Translations under genes and position numbers: made by a program
Assembly: GCA_965261975.1 (NCBI GenBank)
Contig: CBDHEC010000017.1
Span: 1 to 64,000 of the forward strand
Reading direction: 5' to 3'
DNA length: 64,000 bases
Source: Alphaproteobacteria bacterium
Lineage (GTDB): Bacteria > Pseudomonadota > Alphaproteobacteria > UBA6615
Shown here: positions 10,206-21,126 of the stretch, piece by piece
Layout: each line of letters starts with the position of its first letter
Position numbering within the stretch: the first letter of the stretch is position 1
The notes under the pieces: generated by a model
Database searches by the model: none
The model's input: the letters and a program-made list of their open reading frames with translations, nothing else
Told to the model about the DNA's origin: nothing

Positions 10206-11627
10206 ATGAGCCCAAACGACACACGCAAGCCAGCCAATGCGCAATGGGGCGGCCGATTTACCTCCGGACCGTCGGAGGTCATGGAACGCATCAATGCGTC
10301 CATCGGTTTTGACCAGCGCTTTTTCGCCCAGGATATTGCCGGGTCGCGCGCGCATGCCCGGATGCTTGTCGAACAGGGCATCCTCGCCGCTGAAGATGGG
10401 CAGGCCATCAGCGACGGTCTAGACACGATTTCGCGAGACATCGAGGCCGGCACATTCGAGTTCAAGGTGGCGCTGGAAGACATCCACATGAACATCGAAT
10501 CACGGCTGCGCGAGCTGGTCGGCGATGCGGCGGGGCGGCTGCATACCGCGCGGTCTCGCAACGACCAGGTCGCGACGGATTTCCGGCTCTGGGTGCGCGA
10601 CGAAATCGATGCGCTCGACGCCCAGCTCATGGGACTGCAGGCGGCCCTGATCGAAAAGGCCGAGGCCCATGCCGGCACCGTCATGCCCGGCTTCACGCAT
10701 CTGCAGACGGCCCAGCCCGTGACCTTCGGCCACCACCTGCTGGCCTATGTGGAAATGTTCGGGCGCGACCGGGGACGTCTCGCGGATGCCCGCGCGCGCC
10801 TTAACGAGTCGCCCCTGGGCGCGGGCGCGCTCGCCGGCACGTCCTTTCCCATCGACCGGGCCGCAACGGCGGCATCGCTCGGCTTCGATCGGCCCATGGC
10901 CAATTCGCTGGACGCGGTGTCCGATCGGGATTTCGCGCTCGAGTTCCTCTCGGCCGCCGCGATCTGCACGACCCATGTGTCGCGGTTCGCCGAAGAGCTG
11001 GTGATCTGGTGCAGCGATGGGTTCCGCTTTATCGCCTTGTCCGACGCCTACACCACCGGCAGCTCGATGATGCCGCAGAAGCGCAACCCGGACGCAGCGG
11101 AACTGTCACGGGCCAAGACCGGACGCGTGTATGGCGCGCTGATCGGCCTGCTGACCGTCATGAAGGGGCTGCCGCTGGCCTATTCCAAGGACATGCAGGA
11201 AGACAAGGAACCGGTCTTCGACGCGGCGGACTCCCTGGCGCTGGCGCTCGCAGCCATCACCGGCATGGTCAGTGATATGCAGGCCCAGGCGGAGAATATG
11301 CGCGCCGCCGCGGGACAGGGTCACTCCACGGCCACGGATCTGGCCGACTGGCTGGTCCGGGCCGCCGGTGTGCCTTTCCGCGATGCCCATGCGATCACGG
11401 GCGCTGTCGTGGCACTCGCCGACGACAAGGGTGTCACGCTGGCCGAGCTTTCCCTGGAAGACATGCAGGGCGTTGACCCACGGATCAGCGCCGATGTCTT
11501 TGATGTCCTGACGGTCGAAGCCTCTGTCGCCAGCCGGACCAGCTTTGGCGGCACCGCACCGGACAATGTCCGCGCCGCCGTCGCCGACGCCCGCGCCCGG
11601 TTCCTTGCCGGCAACGAGGGAGATTGA
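10206..11627 (+). CDS. argH: Argininosuccinate lyase
   Basis: [44 protein letters not shown]. Confidence 0.97.
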   Translation: MSPNDTRKPANAQWGGRFTSGPSEVMERINASIGFDQRFFAQDIAGSRAHARMLVEQGILAAEDGQAISDGLDTISRDIEAGTFEFKVALEDIHMNIESRLRELVGDAAGRLHTARSRNDQVATDFRLWVRDEIDALDAQLMGLQAALIEKAEAHAGTVMPGFTHLQTAQPVTFGHHLLAYVEMFGRDRGRLADARARLNESPLGAGALAGTSFPIDRAATAASLGFDRPMANSLDAVSDRDFALEFLSAAAICTTHVSRFAEELVIWCSDGFRFIALSDAYTTGSSMMPQKRNPDAAELSRAKTGRVYGALIGLLTVMKGLPLAYSKDMQEDKEPVFDAADSLALALAAITGMVSDMQAQAENMRAAAGQGHSTATDLADWLVRAAGVPFRDAHAITGAVVALADDKGVTLAELSLEDMQGVDPRISADVFDVLTVEASVASRTSFGGTAPDNVRAAVADARARFLAGNEGD

Positions 11628-11628
11628 G

Positions 11629-11775
11629 ATGCAACATCTGGTCACCGCGACCTCCCGTCATGTGCTCGTCGCCCTGCTTCTGGCCGTGGCGCTGACTGCC
11701 TGTGGCAAGAAAGGCCCGCCCAACCCGCCCGAAGGTGAAGAAATCACCTACCCGCGCACCTATCCGACACGCTGA
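11629..11775 (+). CDS. Small lipoprotein (LptM/YifL-like)
   Basis: Lipobox LTAC followed by GKKGP; sits between argH and lysA. Confidence 0.75.
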   Translation: MQHLVTATSRHVLVALLLAVALTACGKKGPPNPPEGEEITYPRTYPTR

Positions 11776-11823
11776 GTTCGACCGGCCGGCGGCCTGAGTT
11801 TCCGCCAGCCCTGAGACAATGTC

Positions 11824-13092
11824 ATGAGCCACTTCGAATACAGAGACGGCGAACTTTACGCCGAGGACGTCCCCCTTTCGCGCATTGCGCAAGCCGTGGG
11901 AACGCCGGTCTATGTCTATTCCGAGACGACGCTCACCGACGCCTATCGGCGCTTTGCGGGCGCGCTCGCGGACGCCGGCCTCGACGCGCGGGTCTGCTAT
12001 GCCATGAAGGCCAACTCGAACCTGGCCGTCATACGCGCGCTGGCAGCGTGCGGCGCGGGCGCCGATGTGGTGTCCGGCGGCGAGTTGGCGCGCGCGCTGG
12101 CGGCGGGTGTCGACCCCGCAGAGATCGTGTTTTCCGGCGTCGGCAAGACCGCCGACGAAATGCGCCAGGCCATCGCAGCCAAAATCGGTCAGTTCAACAT
12201 CGAATCCATTCCCGAACTGGAGCGCCTGTCGGAGGTGGCCAGCGCATCCGGTGCGACCGTCAACGTGGCCGTGCGCGTGAACCCCGACGTGGATGCCGAC
12301 ACCCACCACAAGATCTCGACCGGGCGCCATCACGACAAGTTCGGGATCGAGATCGCACGCGCGCGCGCCGTCTACGCCCGCGCGGCAGAACTGCCGGGAA
12401 TCGCCGCCAACGCGGTCGCGGTGCATATCGGCAGCCAGCTGACCGACCTGTCCCCGTTCCGCGCGGCTTTCTTGCACGTCGCGGCCCTGGTCCATGAGCT
12501 GCGCGCCGATGGCCACGACATCATCAAGCTCGATCTCGGCGGCGGCCTGGGCATTGACTACGGACATCACACGCCGCCCGATCCCGCCGACTATGCCGCC
12601 ATCGTGGCCGAGACCGTCGGCGATCTGGGCTGTACGCTCGTGTTTGAGCCGGGCCGGTATCTCGCCGGGCCCGCCGGCGTGCTGCTGACCGAAATCATCT
12701 ATGTCAAAGACGCCGAGACCCGCAGCTTCGCCATCGTCGACGCCGCCATGAACGACCTCGTGCGACCGGCCATGTACGACGCCCATCATGAGGTACTGCC
12801 CGTGCGCCAGGCCGGCGCAGATGGGGCGACCCACAGCTACGACATTGTCGGACCCGTGTGTGAAACCGGCGACACCTTCGCCACGCAGCGTGACTTGCCC
12901 GCGCTCGAAGCGGGTGAACTTGTTGTGATCCGCGACGCCGGCGCCTATGGCGCGGTGATGGCTTCGGGCTACAATAGCCGTCCGCTGATCGCCGAAGTGC
13001 TTGTTCGTGGCGATGAATTCAGCGTTGTACGCGCGCGCCAGGAAATCGCCGCAATACTGGCGCAGGAAGAATTGGCAGACTGGCAGACCTAG
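11824..13092 (+). CDS. lysA: Diaminopimelate decarboxylase
   Basis: YAMKAN, VSGGE, HIGSQ, EPGR, GPVCETGD, GAYG..M.SGYN. Confidence 0.96.
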   Translation: MSHFEYRDGELYAEDVPLSRIAQAVGTPVYVYSETTLTDAYRRFAGALADAGLDARVCYAMKANSNLAVIRALAACGAGADVVSGGELARALAAGVDPAEIVFSGVGKTADEMRQAIAAKIGQFNIESIPELERLSEVASASGATVNVAVRVNPDVDADTHHKISTGRHHDKFGIEIARARAVYARAAELPGIAANAVAVHIGSQLTDLSPFRAAFLHVAALVHELRADGHDIIKLDLGGGLGIDYGHHTPPDPADYAAIVAETVGDLGCTLVFEPGRYLAGPAGVLLTEIIYVKDAETRSFAIVDAAMNDLVRPAMYDAHHEVLPVRQAGADGATHSYDIVGPVCETGDTFATQRDLPALEAGELVVIRDAGAYGAVMASGYNSRPLIAEVLVRGDEFSVVRARQEIAAILAQEELADWQT

Positions 13093-13132
13093 GACAGCGC
13101 CGTCCCGATTGACGGCCACATCAGGGGCCGAA

Positions 13133-15637
13133 TTGAGCGACTGGAACGAACATCATCGACGCGACGAGGAAACGCGGGCTCCCGCGCGCCTCGGCCTGCG
13201 TCGCACGATCGCGCGGGCTTCGATGCTTTGGGAACGCGCATGGCCGGCGCTTTGGCCTGCTGTCGGGGTCGCGGGACTTTATCTCGCCATCGCCCTCCTG
13301 GGGGCCCTGTCCGCGATACCGGGATGGCTCCACGCCCTGTTGCTCCTCGGCTTCACCGTTATCTTTGCCTCGCGCATATGGCATGGCATCCGCCGCATCA
13401 AACCGCCGACGAATGCCGAGGCCAAACGCAGACTCGAAACGGATTCCAACCTCCCCCATCGCCCGTTGACGGTTATCGAGGACCGGCCGGCCATCGGCGT
13501 GGTGGATCCCGAGACCGATCGCCTCTGGCGTCAACATCTGGCCCAGGCCGCGGCGGCGGCCCGCCACATCCAGTTGCGCTGGCCGCACCCGAACCTGGCC
13601 GGCCGAGACCCCTTCGCCCTGCGAATCGCGCTTGGTGTGCTTCTGATCATCGGCGTCTTCGCCGCCGGGAATGATGCGCCCAATCGGATTGCTTCGGCGT
13701 TCACCCCAAGTTTGCAAGCGCTGACAGATGGCCCTTCTGCGAGCCTGGAGCTCTGGATCACACCGCCCGACTACACGAACCTGCCGCCGCGCCTGCTCGC
13801 GAGCGCCGACCCGAAGGCGGCTCCTGCACTCGAAGATCGCGGCGAAGAGGAAATCTCGGTTCCCGTCGGCAGCACCCTCCTGGCCCAGGTCAGCCATGCC
13901 CGCCGGACACCAAGCCTGCACATCGGGGATGCCCGCCACGCGCTGACATCGGTCTCGGCGGGTGGCTGGCAGATCGAAGCCGCACTCGAGGATACCGGCC
14001 CTCAATCGATTGGCATCGATGCGTCGGGGCGGACGGTCGGCGAATGGCAGATCATTGTCCTGCCCGACACACCGCCGGAGATCAGTTTCGTCGAATCCCC
14101 CCAGGGCACGAGCAGCAATGCGCTGCAACTCAGCTATGACGGTGCGGACGATCACGGGATCGTCGAGGTCACGGCGGAAATCACCTGGCCCGGCGAGACC
14201 AGGCAGGCGTCGATCAAACCCATCGACATCGAGCTCCCGCTGCCGCGGCCGACCCCGCGCGAAGGCGGTGCCGTCAGCGTTCACGACCTGACCGAACATC
14301 CATGGGCAGGTCTCGAGGTCGATGTTCGGCTCACAGCAACCGACGGCAGCGGCCAGACCGGCCAAACCGACCGGCTCGCGGTGTTGCTTCCGGAGCGGAG
14401 CTTCAACCACCCCGTGGCACGAGACATCATCGAACAGCGTCGCGTCCTGGCGCTCTCGCCCGACAGCCGGCGCGAGGTGGCGCGCTCGCTGCACAATATC
14501 GGCAGCTTCCCGCAGCGTTTCGACAATGATGTCGTGGTCTTTCTGGCCCTGATGTCGGCCCGCTCGCGGCTTGTCCATGGGCGCACGACAAACGAAATCG
14601 CGCCGATCCTGTCACAACTCTGGGACACGGCCCTTCGACTGGAAGACGGCGCGCTTTCGCTGACCCAGCGCGAACTCGCCGACCTTCAGGAACAGCTCCA
14701 GCAAGCGATCGAGGACGGCGCCAGCGACGAAGAGATCCAGGCGCTGATGGAGGAACTGCGCGCCGCACTCGATCGGTATCTCGAGGCCCTCGCGCAGAAT
14801 CTGTCCCAGGCCCTCGAGGGTATGGACCTGTCCCTGCTGCCCGAGGCCGGAGAAGAACTCGATATCATCGACCAGGACGCAATCCAGGAACTGCTGGAGC
14901 AGCTGGAACAGATGGCGCGTTTGGGGGATACGGAAAGCGTCGAACAGCTTCTGGAACGCATGCAGCAGATGCTGCAGGCCCTGCGCGACGCCCCCAACCA
15001 GCTACAGCAACAGTCGAATTCGCCGGCACAAGAGATGCTCCGCGACCTGCAAGACGTGGTGCGGCGCCAGCAGGAACTGCAGGACGATGTCTTCCAGCGC
15101 AACCAGCGCGGCGATCGTCTGTCGGAGGAAGAGGCCCAACGCCTGCGCGAGGCACAAAATGAAATCCGCCGCCAACTTGGCGAACTCATGCGCCAGCTCG
15201 GCGAGATGACGGACCAAATTCCCGAGAATCTCGGCAATGCCGAGGATGCGATGGGCGACGCCGAGGGCGCGCTGGAAGGCGGCGACCTGCCGGGCGCGTT
15301 GGGAGACCAGGCCCGGGCGCTGGCCGAGCTGCAGCAGGGTGCGCAGAGCATGGCGCTGCAATTGCTGCGCCAGCCCGGCCAGGGCCAGGGGCCAGGCCAG
15401 CAGCAGGGCGGCATCGCGCAACCCGGTCAGGAAGGCTTCGATCCGCTGGGTCGCCGACTGCCGAGCGAGAGCGAGGATCAACCATTCGGCGTGGACAGCT
15501 CACAGCAGGGAATAGGCGATGGCGAACAGGCGCGCCGCGCCCTTGAAATCCTCGACGAGCTGCGCAACCGCGCCCTCGACCAATCGCGGCCGACGCTGGA
15601 ACGAAACTATCTCGAGCGGCTGTTGCGCCGATTTTAG
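13133..15637 (+). CDS. TIGR02302/DUF4175 family membrane protein with coiled-coil C-terminus
   Basis: LWERAWP TM N-terminus, WITPPDYT, LTEHPWAG, F.HPVAR.IIEQRR, DPLGR, E.NYLERLL; TTG start inferred. Confidence 0.85.
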   Translation: MSDWNEHHRRDEETRAPARLGLRRTIARASMLWERAWPALWPAVGVAGLYLAIALLGALSAIPGWLHALLLLGFTVIFASRIWHGIRRIKPPTNAEAKRRLETDSNLPHRPLTVIEDRPAIGVVDPETDRLWRQHLAQAAAAARHIQLRWPHPNLAGRDPFALRIALGVLLIIGVFAAGNDAPNRIASAFTPSLQALTDGPSASLELWITPPDYTNLPPRLLASADPKAAPALEDRGEEEISVPVGSTLLAQVSHARRTPSLHIGDARHALTSVSAGGWQIEAALEDTGPQSIGIDASGRTVGEWQIIVLPDTPPEISFVESPQGTSSNALQLSYDGADDHGIVEVTAEITWPGETRQASIKPIDIELPLPRPTPREGGAVSVHDLTEHPWAGLEVDVRLTATDGSGQTGQTDRLAVLLPERSFNHPVARDIIEQRRVLALSPDSRREVARSLHNIGSFPQRFDNDVVVFLALMSARSRLVHGRTTNEIAPILSQLWDTALRLEDGALSLTQRELADLQEQLQQAIEDGASDEEIQALMEELRAALDRYLEALAQNLSQALEGMDLSLLPEAGEELDIIDQDAIQELLEQLEQMARLGDTESVEQLLERMQQMLQALRDAPNQLQQQSNSPAQEMLRDLQDVVRRQQELQDDVFQRNQRGDRLSEEEAQRLREAQNEIRRQLGELMRQLGEMTDQIPENLGNAEDAMGDAEGALEGGDLPGALGDQARALAELQQGAQSMALQLLRQPGQGQGPGQQQGGIAQPGQEGFDPLGRRLPSESEDQPFGVDSSQQGIGDGEQARRALEILDELRNRALDQSRPTLERNYLERLLRRF

Positions 15638-15640
15638 CAG

Positions 15641-16021
15641 CTAGTGGGTGCGGCGGCTTCGCTGCGACATCGCGTCTTCCGCCGCATCGCAGATCTGTTT
15701 CAGACTGAACGGCTTGGCGATCACCTCGTGGATGAGCTCCTCGAGATTATGCGCCCGCTGCCGCTCCGCGGCATATCCGGTCATCATCAAGATCGCTGTC
15801 TTCGGATGCTCCTTGGCCACCTTCAGCGCCAGGGCAATACCATCCATACCCGGCATCACGATATCGGTGATCAGCAGATCGAAATCTTCGTCCACTTCCA
15901 AGGTATCGAGGGCATCAAGACCGTCATTGACGGTCGCCACGTCGTGCCCGCCATGCACCAGGGCGCGGCGCACGAACTCACGCACCGCCCCGTCGTCTTC
16001 AGCTATCAGAACCCGTGCCAT
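15641..16021 (-). CDS. Single-domain response regulator (CpdR-like)
   Basis: MARVLIAEDD, DLLITDIVMPGMDGI, MTGYA, KPFSL. Confidence 0.85.
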   Translation of the reverse strand: MARVLIAEDDGAVREFVRRALVHGGHDVATVNDGLDALDTLEVDEDFDLLITDIVMPGMDGIALALKVAKEHPKTAILMMTGYAAERQRAHNLEELIHEVIAKPFSLKQICDAAEDAMSQRSRRTH

Positions 16022-16163
16022 TTCGTTCCACCCCAATTCCTCGCGAGCCGCTTGTTGCCCGCGATATCCTCCCAAACCTTGCCATTCATCACCAACGGCA
16101 AGGGATCGGACCGTCTTTCACCAGGGCAGACTCCGCAGCGGCGGAGGGAGTGACGATCACGTG

Positions 16164-16826
16164 TTAAGGATTTTCGTCGGGATTGGTAAACAAAACGCTA
16201 ACGTTTGCCGCGTTGGCCGGGATTTCTTCCGTTTGCGAGGTAAACGACGCCCGCTCACCGGGGCCAAGCCGCGCCGTGTCGACGTTGAATGACCAGGATT
16301 TGAGGATGTTATTGTCGCCATCCGAAATCAGGACATAGAGCACGGGAATATCGCGCGCACCGTTAGAGACGTTGATCACCTCGCCCTTCAGCGCCAGCTT
16401 CCCGTCCTCGGCCGACACGTTGAATTCGACCTCGAGCCCTTCACCCGGCGGCGGAAAGGCATCGATGCCGATGCTTGCGTAAATCGCCTCGGCCTGCGGG
16501 ATGGCGAGCGCGATCGGTCCGCGGCCAAACCACAACACCGCCAGGATCGCCACCAGCAATACCGCCGACACGATCCACGCGGTGCGCGCCCCCCGGCCGG
16601 ACCTCAACTGGCGAAGCGCCGGCACATTGCGCCGACTATCGCCCGCTTCCTCGTCGGGATCATAGGGCGTGACCTCGATGGGAATCGGCGGATCGGGTTC
16701 CGCTTCCGGCATCGATTCATACCAGACATGGGCGCACTTACCGCATTTCACGCGTCGTCCATCGGGCGCAAGATGCGCCGGGTCGATCGCAAACCGCGTG
16801 TGGCAGTCGGGGCAACTCAGGATCAT
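16164..16826 (-). CDS. MJ0042-type zinc-finger / DUF3426 membrane protein
   Basis: CPDC.TRF...GRRVKCGKC.HVW, a single TM, C-terminal beta domain. Confidence 0.8.
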   Translation of the reverse strand: MILSCPDCHTRFAIDPAHLAPDGRRVKCGKCAHVWYESMPEAEPDPPIPIEVTPYDPDEEAGDSRRNVPALRQLRSGRGARTAWIVSAVLLVAILAVLWFGRGPIALAIPQAEAIYASIGIDAFPPPGEGLEVEFNVSAEDGKLALKGEVINVSNGARDIPVLYVLISDGDNNILKSWSFNVDTARLGPGERASFTSQTEEIPANAANVSVLFTNPDENP

Positions 16827-17061
16827 GGTCAGGTTATCGCCGTCGCAGGTAAATCAATTCTGAAGACCAAGTATAAACCATTCGCAGCGTGGGATCGCGA
16901 ATCGGAATTTGCGCGTGACGCATAAAAAGAGACGCAAACATGGCGCGTCCGCCAATGGCTTTACCCCCGGTTTGCATCATGCCAACGTGATCGGCGAACA
17001 GGGCCGAGTCGAAATCTTCGTATTTCCCGGCCTCCCCCGTCCCAACCGGAGGCGCGTATTC

Positions 17062-17772
17062 GTGTTGCGCTTCGAAAATGTCGGAATGCGATACGGCATC
17101 GGGCCGGAGATTCTGCGCGACGTCAGCTTCTCGCTCGCGCCCGGGTCGTTTCACTTCCTGACCGGGGCCAGCGGTGCCGGCAAAACCACATTGTTGAAAT
17201 TGATGTATCTCGCGCTACGCCCGACGCGGGGTCTGGTACATCTTTTCGACAAGGATATTTCGGTGACGCCACGCGGGGACCTGCCGGCATTGCGTCGCCG
17301 GGTCGGCGTGGTTTTTCAGGATTTCAGGCTCATCGATCATCTGACGGCGGTGGAGAATGTCGCGTTGCCGCTGCGTGTAAATGGCGCCCAGCACACCGAG
17401 ATCGATAATCACGTGCGCGAATTGCTGAGCTGGGTTGGCCTCGGCGATCGTCTCGATGCACGTCCGTCAACATTGTCCGGCGGTCAGCAACAGCGTGTCG
17501 CCATCGCGCGTGCCGTCATCAACCGACCGAAGCTGTTGCTGGCGGATGAGCCCACCGGAAATGTCGATGACCATATCGCGGTACGTCTCATGCACTTGTT
17601 CGAGGAACTCAACAAGGCGGGTACGACCATCGTCATCGCGACGCATAACCAGGCGCTGCTCGAGGAATTCGGTCACCCGGTCCTGCAGCTTGACGATGGC
17701 GAACTCATCGTCCGCCGCAACATCGCTCCCTCTGCTGCGCCCGCCACGGCCGCAACGACAGAAGCCGTATGA
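17062..17772 (+). CDS. ftsE: Cell division ATP-binding protein FtsE
   Basis: GASGAGKT, VFQDFRL, LSGGQQQRVAIARA, LADEPTGN; GTG start with GGAGG RBS. Confidence 0.93.
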   Translation: MLRFENVGMRYGIGPEILRDVSFSLAPGSFHFLTGASGAGKTTLLKLMYLALRPTRGLVHLFDKDISVTPRGDLPALRRRVGVVFQDFRLIDHLTAVENVALPLRVNGAQHTEIDNHVRELLSWVGLGDRLDARPSTLSGGQQQRVAIARAVINRPKLLLADEPTGNVDDHIAVRLMHLFEELNKAGTTIVIATHNQALLEEFGHPVLQLDDGELIVRRNIAPSAAPATAATTEAV

Positions 17773-18644
17773 TGTTGAGACGCCGCATCGATTTGCCATT
17801 CGAGCGCGACCAATCCACCCGGTTTCTGCCCTGGATCGTCGCCCTCATGGTGTTCCTCGGGGCCTTGATGTTTGCCGGTGCGTTGGTGATCTCCGATACC
17901 ATCGACAGTTGGGACAACAAGTTGACCGGTCGGGTGACCGTCCAGATCCCGCAGGATTCTGCCACCGACAAGGCCACCGAAACCCTGGTCAAAATGCTTG
18001 GCGCCACACCCGGCATCACGGCCGTCCGACCGGTTCCGACCAGCGAAGCACGTGCTCTCCTGGTTCCCTGGCTCGGCGAGGAGGTCGTGAATTCGGGTCT
18101 GCCCGTCCCTGCGCTGATCGATGTCGAACTGGCCGCCGACGCCCGCCTCGACCCCAATCTGCTGGCCGCGCGCTTGTCCCAATCGGTCTCCGGCACGACC
18201 GTAGATGACCATCGGGTGTGGCTATCCGCCCTCATAAATCTGGGCCGGACCGTTGAAATTCTCGCCTTTGTCATCCTCGCGCTCATTGCGTCGGCCGCCG
18301 TCGTCGCGGTGATATTCACGACCCGCAGCGGGCTGGCCGTCCATGCCGCCATTATCGAGTTGCTGCATCAAATGGGCGCCCAGGACACCTACATCGCAGG
18401 TCAGTTCCAGATACAGGCGATGAAGCTCTCGCTTCGTGGCGGCATTGCCGGGGCGGCGGCGGCGGCGATCGTTCTGCTGATCTTCGCCTGGGTCGGGCGC
18501 GGCATCGATGCTGCCTTCCTGCCACCCGTTACGTTGGCGATTGCCGAATGGGTCGCGCTCCTGATCGTCCCTGCGGGTGCTGTGGCCATCGCCATGCTCA
18601 CGGCGCGACTGACCGTCCTGCGCGCACTCGCGCGCATGCCGTAA
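17769..18644 (+). CDS. ftsX: Cell division permease FtsX
   Basis: 4 TM, LPVPALIDV, DDHRVW, IELLHQMGA; overlaps ftsE. Confidence 0.9.
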   Translation: MMLRRRIDLPFERDQSTRFLPWIVALMVFLGALMFAGALVISDTIDSWDNKLTGRVTVQIPQDSATDKATETLVKMLGATPGITAVRPVPTSEARALLVPWLGEEVVNSGLPVPALIDVELAADARLDPNLLAARLSQSVSGTTVDDHRVWLSALINLGRTVEILAFVILALIASAAVVAVIFTTRSGLAVHAAIIELLHQMGAQDTYIAGQFQIQAMKLSLRGGIAGAAAAAIVLLIFAWVGRGIDAAFLPPVTLAIAEWVALLIVPAGAVAIAMLTARLTVLRALARMP

Positions 18645-19260
18645 TGGCCCGCAAGCCCCAACGTCGCTGGCGCCGGGTGCTCATCCCTGCGGGAGGGTTG
18701 GCCGTCGCCTGGGTCATTGGCCTGTTCGTGTTCGTCGACCGCATCCCGGCGGTGGCCGAAGCCACAGGTCGCGACATCCGTACCGATGCCATTGTTGTGT
18801 TGACCGGGGGGCGCGGCCGGGTCGAACAGGGCACCGCGCTGCTGGCGCGCACGGCGGCACAGAAAATGCTGATCTCCGGTGTCGCGCCGAACGTCACGCC
18901 GCGCGACGTCATACCTGCATCCCGGCTCGGATCCACCATCCTGGAATGCTGCGTGACCTTCGGCCGCGCGGCGCGCAACACGCGCGAGAATGCGGTGGAG
19001 ACGGCCGGTTGGGTGGCCGCGAATGAAATTACCAGCCTGCGCCTCGTCACGGCCGACTTTCACATGCCGCGCAGCCTGCTGGAATTTCATTCGCGCTTGC
19101 CCGACGTGATGATCGTGCCCGATCCGGTCAGATCGGAGAATGTCCGCCTGTCGCGTTGGTGGCTCTGGCCCGGCACGGCGGCTCTCCTGGCCGGGAGTAC
19201 AACAAATACCTGGCCGCGCGTGCGCGCGTGTTCGTGGCCCAGTTCGCGGACGGGAGATAA
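18644..19260 (+). CDS. YdcF/ElyC (DUF218) family protein, with -1 frameshift near 19195
   Basis: DAIVVLTGG, NTRENA, LVTADFHMPRS; the conserved ..EYNKYL.. is restored by adding one G in GGG at 19193-19195. Confidence 0.8.
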
Positions 19261-19265
19261 CCCGG

Positions 19266-20023
19266 ATGCGCGCGGTTCTCTTCACCATCCTTTTCTATGG
19301 ATGGACCGTCATTGCCGGCCTTCTCGTGTTGCCGCTTCTACTCGGCCCGCCGCGGCCACTTATGGCCTATAGCCGGTTCTGGATCCGCGTTGTGCTCTGG
19401 CTGTTGAGGAACACCGTGGGCCTGTCGCATCGGGTCGTCGGACGCGAACACATCCCCCCCGGGCCGGCGCTGTTCGCCGTCAAGCATCAATCGGCCTGGG
19501 ACACCCTGGCCATTAACCTGATCGTCCGCGATCCGGCCATTGTGCTGAAACGCGAGCTCACCTGGATTCCGCTCTTCGGCTGGTGCCTCATCCGCACACG
19601 CCAGATCGCCATCGACCGGGCCGGCGGCATGTCGGCTTTGCGCGGCATGGTCAAAGCCGCGCGCGCGGCACTCTCCGAGGGGCGCCCGATCGTCATCTAC
19701 CCCGAAGGAACCAGGGTCGCTCCGGGCGTGAAACAGCCCTATCACGCCGGAATATCGGCCCTCCACGGCGCCCTCGATGTTCCCGTTGTTCCGGTGGCCC
19801 TGAACTCCGGCGTGTTTTGGCCTCGACGATCGCTCAAACTGCGTCCCGGGGTCATCACGATCGAGTTCCTGCCCCCTTGCCCGCCGATATCCCGCGGCGC
19901 GAATTCATCGAAACGCTTGAAACGGCGATAGAAGATGCCTCGGATCGGTTGTACCGGGAAACCAATGTGACAACCGCCCGACCGAACGGCCGAGAGGCTG
20001 TGGATAAAGTTGTGGAAGATTGA
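19266..20023 (+). CDS. plsC: 1-acyl-sn-glycerol-3-phosphate acyltransferase, with -1 frameshift near 19875
   Basis: KHQSAWD, YPEGTR, VPVALNSG; FLPPLPADIPRREF is restored by adding one C in the C-run at 19872-19876. Confidence 0.8.
19999..20019 (-). promoter_or_regulatory. Tandem DnaA boxes
   Basis: TGTGGATAA (perfect TTATCCACA) at 19999-20007 and TGTGGAAGA (7/9) at 20011-20019. Confidence 0.6.
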
Positions 20024-20289
20024 CAGTCCGCCGCGGCGCCAAGCGAACGGGTAATTGGCGGCGAGTAATAATTACACATTGCGAGAACCGCTGGGCGTTG
20101 TTGCATCAATATTCTCTGTTTATTTCAGTTATCTTTCACGACTGCCGCAATAGCACGCTCACTTTCCCTTTCGGCCTGTTGCAAAATCCAGGCGAAAACC
20201 GTCATTTCCGCTTTGGCAGCATCGCGGAATGCTGGCGCACAACCTCTCAGCGCTTCCCGGAAGCATCCGGCCCATCGCAATTAACGTTC

Positions 20290-20298
20290 TGTGGATAA
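20290..20298 (-). promoter_or_regulatory. DnaA box
   Basis: Perfect TGTGGATAA, intergenic. Confidence 0.6.
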
Positions 20299-20364
20299 AC
20301 CATCGCCGGGTATGCCGTGTGCGGCAGAACCAATTGCAATGGTTCGGATATTAGCAAATACGAG

Positions 20365-21041
20365 TTATACCGACCCGGCGGGCGTGTGACGGGCCGCCCG
20401 CTTATGCAGACGACGCAGGGGGCGATCGGCGATCCCAAGTTCGTCGAGATGGCTCACCGTGTTGCTCAGATATTCCGTATTCGGCCCGCTTCGGCCATGT
20501 CCCTGCAATATCAGTCGTAACGCCTCGTCCTCGGACAATCGCCCGGCATACTGAACATGATTATGCGCCGCGGTGTAGTGTGGGCCCTGACCGTCTTGCT
20601 GCCGATCCGGGCCGTCACCCAGCGCGGCATGTAGACCCGCGTCACCATTTCGCGGCGAATCAGGTATTCGACGGCGCCCTCCGCATCCGCAGCCGCAACG
20701 CGATAGGCCACGCCGGTACAGCTGCCGCCATTGTCGAGCCCCAGCACCAGACCGGGCTGTTCTCGGGTCCCACGATAGACGTGGGAATAGACGCAGAAAG
20801 AGCGGTGATAGCCATGCACCTGCGCGCGCGCCCGGTCGATGAAAGGAAAATCAGGGCGCCACATCAAGGAGCCATAGCCGAAGATCCACAAATCCTCGCC
20901 CGGCGGATGGGTTTCCATGACCGCCCGCAACGTCCAGTCCAGTTCGTCTTCGGTCAGCTCATACTGATCGGTCAGATGCGTGAGATCGGGCTGTTCTTTC
21001 AACATCGTCATGGCGTCAGGATCGGTTCCGTTGCTGGTCAT
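20365..21041 (-). CDS. chaC: Glutathione-specific gamma-glutamylcyclotransferase (ChaC), with -1 frameshift near 20578
   Basis: LWIFGYGSLMW, HRSFC.YS..YRGT..PGLVLGL, RREM; shifted frame continues YTAAHNHVQYAGRL...GRSGPNTEYL...* to 20365; start uncertain. Confidence 0.85.
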
Positions 21042-21126
21042 GGGTATGAAATCACGCAGCGCATCTCGACGCCGCTGCGAACCCCGACTAGGTTGATCGG
21101 CAAGCTTCTTAGGCAACTGGCTTCAT

